Source: Planctomycetota bacterium
GTDB taxonomy: Bacteria > Planctomycetota > UBA11346
DNA: 51,785 bases
Reading direction: 5' to 3'
Assembly: GCA_038213805.1 (NCBI GenBank)
Contig: JBBQSO010000033.1
Coordinates: forward strand, 1-51,785
Translations under genes and position numbers: made by a program
Part shown: in pieces, positions 47,434 through 51,785 of the stretch
Position numbering within the stretch: the stretch's first letter is position 1
How the letters are laid out: each line of letters starts with the position of its first letter
The notes under the pieces: generated by a model
Told to the model about the DNA's origin: nothing
The model's database searches: none
The model's input: only the letters and a program-made list of their open reading frames with translations

Positions 47434-49104
47434 TCATTTGCCAGTCCCGGTCCTGTTCTCGGCCTCGACCTCGGGCACCACCACCCGGTATGGCCCGCAG
47501 CGATCAACTTCCCGCACGGGCACGGTGAGGTGATACGGTAGACGTTCGTCGATGAGGTAGCGCATGTGACGACCGTCGACGATCAACTGCGGCAATTCTG
47601 GCTGGTTAGGCAAGGGGAAACGCACCTCCAATTCGTGTCGTTGCGCCATGTGCATGGCGCCGACCGCGCTATTGGTCGCCGCCGGTTCATCGCCCCGCTG
47701 GCGCAGCACAAAGGGGAGGCTGGGGAACCCGAGCGGACTCGTCAAGCTGCGCAGCCGATCCGGGACTGCCCAGGTGCTAACCAGCAAGGCGACCAGCAGC
47801 ATGCCGCTGAGCAGGCGCAGACGGTGCCGCCGGTGAGTCGCCAGCCACTGGCCCGTCATCACGAGCATGATGACCGTCACCGCCATGAATGGGCCGCCGT
47901 ACTGGAACAGAGTTGACTTGATGGTGGTGAATGAGGACAGCACGACGATGGCGATCTCAGGCCCGAGGAAGAGCCACCAATACCAGCCAAGCACGCCCAG
48001 TCCGCCAAGCGAGGCGACCCACAGCAGCGCCCAGTTGGCATTGGCCCGAGTCATCACGGCGGCGGCAAATGCGCGGGGCGCCCGCAATGGCGACAACGCG
48101 ATCTCGCCAATCGAATTGCCGAGACTCTGGTAGTACGCCGAGAAGCGGAATCCGTCTCCAGCATACATGGGAACCAGGTAGCCGAGATACAGGATCAGGA
48201 CCGAGATCGACAACAGCAGCGCCGCAATACCGGCCACCGCGGCAAAGGCCTGCCGTTTCCAGACGGACCAACCTATGAGCAGGACCCCGCTCCAGGCGAT
48301 GGAAATGGCGAGGGTCTCCTTGAGGGCCAGGAGGCCGATGCACGCCCCCAGCCAACCCCAGAAAGATCTAACGACATATGCCCGCCACAGCGCCAGACCC
48401 AGCAGGGGTGCGAAACCGTATTCGTGGAATTCGTAGTGGATGACGCCGGTCCAGAACGGATTCGCCAGCAGGCAGCCAAGCAGTACGAGACGGATGATGC
48501 GCGACGCGACGTGGGTGCGGATGAGGATGATCGACCAGGCCAGGAAAACGACGTTCGCCAGATCCTGAATCAACGAGAACCAGGCTGCCGCCATGGGCAA
48601 TTGCGCCACCGGCCAGAAAAGGTACAGATACGGCACGAAATGGTGGCCGAAATAAGACCCCTGGCCCTCGATGGTCTTCCACAAGGGCGCTGGACCGGTG
48701 AACGCGTTGTGCGCCGCCTGGACGACAAAGGTCAGATCCCAGCCATATTCCGAACGGACCATGGTGGCAGCCAGGAACGTGTGGGTGATCACCCACGTGC
48801 AGCCGACCGCCAGTGAGCAGCGCCACGGCGATCCGACGATGGCCGCATGCCCCCAGCGCAGCGTCTGACGGCGACGCGCCCTGGCCGCCCCCAGGTCGGC
48901 AGAACCGAGCAGAAACGGGTATGCCATCCACCACAGGGCGCAGATCAGCGGCAGGCGATTGGCGTCCGTCAAAGCCATTCCTGCCAGCATGCGGAAAAGC
49001 CAATGGCCGCTTGCGCCCATCACCGCGATGATGCTCGTAAGCCGCAGCCAGCGGATTTTGGCTGATGATGTCACACGCGAGACACGTTCAGATGCACGGT
49101 TCAC
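47434..49104 (-). CDS. DUF2079-like polytopic membrane protein (GT-C-like); start uncertain
   Basis: Many TM helices; WDL..VQA, YFGHHFVP, YEFHE, LALKE and FQY motifs. Confidence 0.7.
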   Translation of the reverse strand: MNRASERVSRVTSSAKIRWLRLTSIIAVMGASGHWLFRMLAGMALTDANRLPLICALWWMAYPFLLGSADLGAARARRRQTLRWGHAAIVGSPWRCSLAVGCTWVITHTFLAATMVRSEYGWDLTFVVQAAHNAFTGPAPLWKTIEGQGSYFGHHFVPYLYLFWPVAQLPMAAAWFSLIQDLANVVFLAWSIILIRTHVASRIIRLVLLGCLLANPFWTGVIHYEFHEYGFAPLLGLALWRAYVVRSFWGWLGACIGLLALKETLAISIAWSGVLLIGWSVWKRQAFAAVAGIAALLLSISVLILYLGYLVPMYAGDGFRFSAYYQSLGNSIGEIALSPLRAPRAFAAAVMTRANANWALLWVASLGGLGVLGWYWWLFLGPEIAIVVLSSFTTIKSTLFQYGGPFMAVTVIMLVMTGQWLATHRRHRLRLLSGMLLVALLVSTWAVPDRLRSLTSPLGFPSLPFVLRQRGDEPAATNSAVGAMHMAQRHELEVRFPLPNQPELPQLIVDGRHMRYLIDERLPYHLTVPVREVDRCGPYRVVVPEVEAENRTGTGK

Positions 49105-49588
49105 CGATGTCGATGGGGGAGAGCAACGGATGCTACGCAGACATGCGAGAGCAGGAATATGGAGGGCTGCTGAGAGGATCCGGCAAATGATTCATGGAGT
49201 CCAATCCCCGCAAGCGCAGACGTGGCGTGCATCGAAAACAGTCACCTGGAGTGGTCTACCTGGCTGTGGGACCGCGCTCGCGCCATCGCTGCGAGTGGTG
49301 GCACAGCGCGGCGCCCTCAGGGGCACTTCAGCCAGACTGGCGCGCTCCGCGGGGTGGGCGTTTCGCCTATCCCGCGGAGCTGCGGGCTCGCACCTTCCTC
49401 CGCCAGAGTGTCAATTCAAGCCATTCTCCGCGACCAGGATCACGCAAAGTACCAGGGAAATCTTTGTCAGACGGGCGCCGTGAGGGGCTTCTGGCTCATC
49501 GTCCGAATCTGCGAACGAAACCCTGGCAGTCTCCGGTCCTCGTCCAGCGCTCCATGGAGGTCGCGTGCCGTGCGCAACGCGATTGCCC

Positions 49589-50458
49589 TTACGGCGCCAC
49601 CTGCCCCAGCACTCCCCGTTGCCGCATCCACTCCATCGCCCGCTCCGGCCAGCTCGATGCGATGTTCTTGGTCGGCCCACCGATACCGTAGCCGGCCCCG
49701 CTCTTCATGCCGTGATCACCGGTCTCGTAGACGTGCAACTCGGCCGGCACGCCCGCGGCCTGCAGCGCCAGGTAGAAATTCACGCTATTGAGCGGGCTGA
49801 CGCCGTGATCGTCGTTGGCGTGCACCAGGAACGCGGGTGGCGTGTCCTTGGTGACGTGCAGTTCGTTGGAATAGAATGCGACCAGCGCGGGATCCGGGTG
49901 CGGGCCAAGCAGGTTGGCGCGCGAGCCGCCGTGGCCGTGCTCGCCCATCGTCACCACCGGGTAGATCAGCAGCATGAAGTCGGGGCGGGTGGCGGCGTCG
50001 AAGTGCGTGCCGGCGGTCGCGGCGAGGTGGCCGCCGGCGGAGTAGCCGAGGATGCCCAGGCGGTGCGCGTCGATGCCCCACGCGGCGGCGTGGGCGCGCG
50101 CCACGGTGATGGCGTGGTGCGCGTCCTCGAGCGGGGCGCCGTGGTCGGCGCCATGGGCGACCGGCAGGCGGTACGTGAGCACCAGGCCGGCCACGCCGCG
50201 CTCCGCGAACCACGCGGCGGTGTCGTGGCCCTCGCTGCCCATGGTCAGGCCGCCATAGCCGCCGCCGGGGCAGATGATGATCGCGGCACCGGTGGCCTTG
50301 CCCGGCGCCGGCAGGTGGGCGGTCAGCGACGGCTGCGCGGGCTGGGCCTGGTCGAGGATGATATCCGGCTGGCGGCCGCTCAGCGCGTCCGCAGCGCTGG
50401 CCTGGCCGGCGCTGAGCAGTCCCGCGAGGATGAGACCGAGAGCGATGGGGAGGTTCAT
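49589..50458 (-). CDS. Secreted alpha/beta hydrolase (acetyl-xylan/feruloyl esterase-like)
   Basis: ICPGGGY, nucleophile GYSAGGHLA, TPPAFLVHANDD, and GDHG containing the catalytic His. Confidence 0.9.
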   Translation of the reverse strand: MNLPIALGLILAGLLSAGQASAADALSGRQPDIILDQAQPAQPSLTAHLPAPGKATGAAIIICPGGGYGGLTMGSEGHDTAAWFAERGVAGLVLTYRLPVAHGADHGAPLEDAHHAITVARAHAAAWGIDAHRLGILGYSAGGHLAATAGTHFDAATRPDFMLLIYPVVTMGEHGHGGSRANLLGPHPDPALVAFYSNELHVTKDTPPAFLVHANDDHGVSPLNSVNFYLALQAAGVPAELHVYETGDHGMKSGAGYGIGGPTKNIASSWPERAMEWMRQRGVLGQVAP

Positions 50459-50675
50459 GGTGCTCTCGCGGAGGGGGGCGCAGGCGGGTATCGATGAGGG
50501 CGTCAGCAAAGGATCGGCCACGAGGCTGACCAAGGATACGTACGGTTCATGTGCGGGTGCGTTTTCAGGAAGCCTCACGGGCGATGGTGCGCGCCCAGGG
50601 GAAGGTCTGCCGGAAGGTCGCCCGCCGTGACCGCGCGTGGCGTATGCTGGACCATCACCAGGCTGTGGAGCGCGC

Positions 50676-51206
50676 ATGGGCAAGGTCCTTATCGTCGCCG
50701 CGGCGGCCGTTGCCGGGTTCCTGCTCTGGCATGGCCATGCACCCGTTCCGGCGCCCATCACCTGGGACCGGCCGATGGTCACCGCGCTCACCGCGGACCT
50801 GGTCGACAAGGACGGAAAACCGGCCCCGCGGGAACTCCTGCGCGAGCCCAAGCGGGTGCTGGTGTACTTCTCGGCGAGCTGGTGCCCGCCCTGCCGCGCC
50901 TTCACGCCCGAACTGGTCGCCTACTACAACACCCACCACGGCGGCAGCGCCTTCCAACTGCTCTTCGTCAGCGAGGACGAGGGCGCCGGAGCGATGCGCG
51001 GCTACATGCGCGGTGACGCGATGCCGTGGTGGGGCGTGCGTTACGGTTCGCCGTCAGCGAAATCGCTGGCGAACGCCTACGCCGGACCTGGCATCCCCTG
51101 CCTGGTGCTGCTGGATGGGCAGGGGCACGTGCTCGCGGACAGTTACGTCAACGGACGGTACGTCGGTCCGCAGGAGGTGCTCAAGGCGCTCGACGAGGGA
51201 CGGTGA
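50676..51206 (+). CDS. Nucleoredoxin/tryparedoxin-like thioredoxin with N-terminal anchor
   Basis: YFSASWCPPCRAFTPEL, FVSED, MPW and GIPCLVLLD motifs. Confidence 0.9.
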   Translation: MGKVLIVAAAAVAGFLLWHGHAPVPAPITWDRPMVTALTADLVDKDGKPAPRELLREPKRVLVYFSASWCPPCRAFTPELVAYYNTHHGGSAFQLLFVSEDEGAGAMRGYMRGDAMPWWGVRYGSPSAKSLANAYAGPGIPCLVLLDGQGHVLADSYVNGRYVGPQEVLKALDEGR

Positions 51207-51397
51207 GACGCGCGCGCTGCGCCCCGCAATTGCCGATTACAGTGCGCAGATCAGCCGAGCCCAGCGCGACGATCGTCCCGCCGGGGGCGTTTCTGGATGG
51301 TGGGATCAGGCCCGGGCGACATAGAATCATGAACACGAGGCCGGACGCGGCGTAAATCTGTGCAAGTCCGGTCACCGGCCGGCCGGATCAGACAGGG

Positions 51398-51785
51398 ATG
51401 ACCTCGGCGATGAGCAGCAGCAGACGAACGATGATCGGCTTGGCGGTGGGGGCGCAGGCCGCTCTCATGGGTTTCTCCCTGAGTCCGGCATACGGCGCAG
51501 AACAGCCGGTCGGGCTGATCGCGACGGGTAGCGATAGCCGTGTGGACCTGCGTTGGACTCCGTGCCCGGAGTGCACCGGCTACGTGCTGGAGCGGGCAAT
51601 GGCGGCGGATGGTCCTTACAACCAGCTGCGCCTCGAAGGGCACGGCCTGACGCTGCACAGCGATTTCATCAACGAAAACGGCATCACCCGTTGGTACCGC
51701 GTGGCCGCCACGCACGCCGACGGATCGCGCTCGGACTTCTGCGCTCCGGTCGCGGCCAGCACCGCGGCGGTGGACGACGAACGCC
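51398..51785 (+). CDS. Secreted protein with N-terminal fibronectin type III-like domain (partial, runs off the window; absent from the ORF track)
   Basis: Open frame from ATG 51398: signal peptide ..SPAYGA, then PVGLIATGSDSRVDLRW..GYVLERA..TRWYRVAA..GSRS. Confidence 0.7.
   Translation, partial: MTSAMSSSRRTMIGLAVGAQAALMGFSLSPAYGAEQPVGLIATGSDSRVDLRWTPCPECTGYVLERAMAADGPYNQLRLEGHGLTLHSDFINENGITRWYRVAATHADGSRSDFCAPVAASTAAVDDER

Noticed and set aside
49110..49330. TPP- or glycine-riboswitch-like words (GCTGAGAG..GATCCGG; GGAGAG..CTCAGG)
   Set aside because: Key conserved segments and spacing are missing, and there is no relevant downstream gene on that strand.

Overview
High-GC bacterial chromosomal segment, probably from a Planctomycetota-like organism (inferred from oversized prepilin-type proteins, Hanks kinases, a DUF6797-like protein and NPCBM/NHL secreted proteins). 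In order: the right end of an IS5-type element; three very large pseudopilin-like genes; an AraC regulator; an RluA/RluD pseudouridine synthase; a Ser/Thr kinase; a divergent HTH pair, one with sigma70-region-4-like motifs, followed by a ~174-nt rod-shaped 6S-like RNA; a YqiJ-like / flotillin / 1780-aa AAA+ ATPase operon; an NHL-repeat surface protein; a LysM L,D-transpeptidase; an LpxL-family acyltransferase; ferredoxin; a sigma28-driven flgM-TPR-pentapeptide-lipoprotein cluster; trpC; ATP-grasp; rhomboid; metG; a membrane kinase; sigma54-driven flhB; and several secreted or membrane proteins. Several intergenic gaps carry 7-8 bp tandem repeats arranged as inverted arms. No CRISPR, rRNA or tRNA was found. 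The strongest leads are the flotillin/giant-ATPase module, the sigma-R4-like protein next to the 6S-like RNA, and the repeat-containing sigma54 promoter of flhB. All family assignments come from motif recognition by eye, not database searches.
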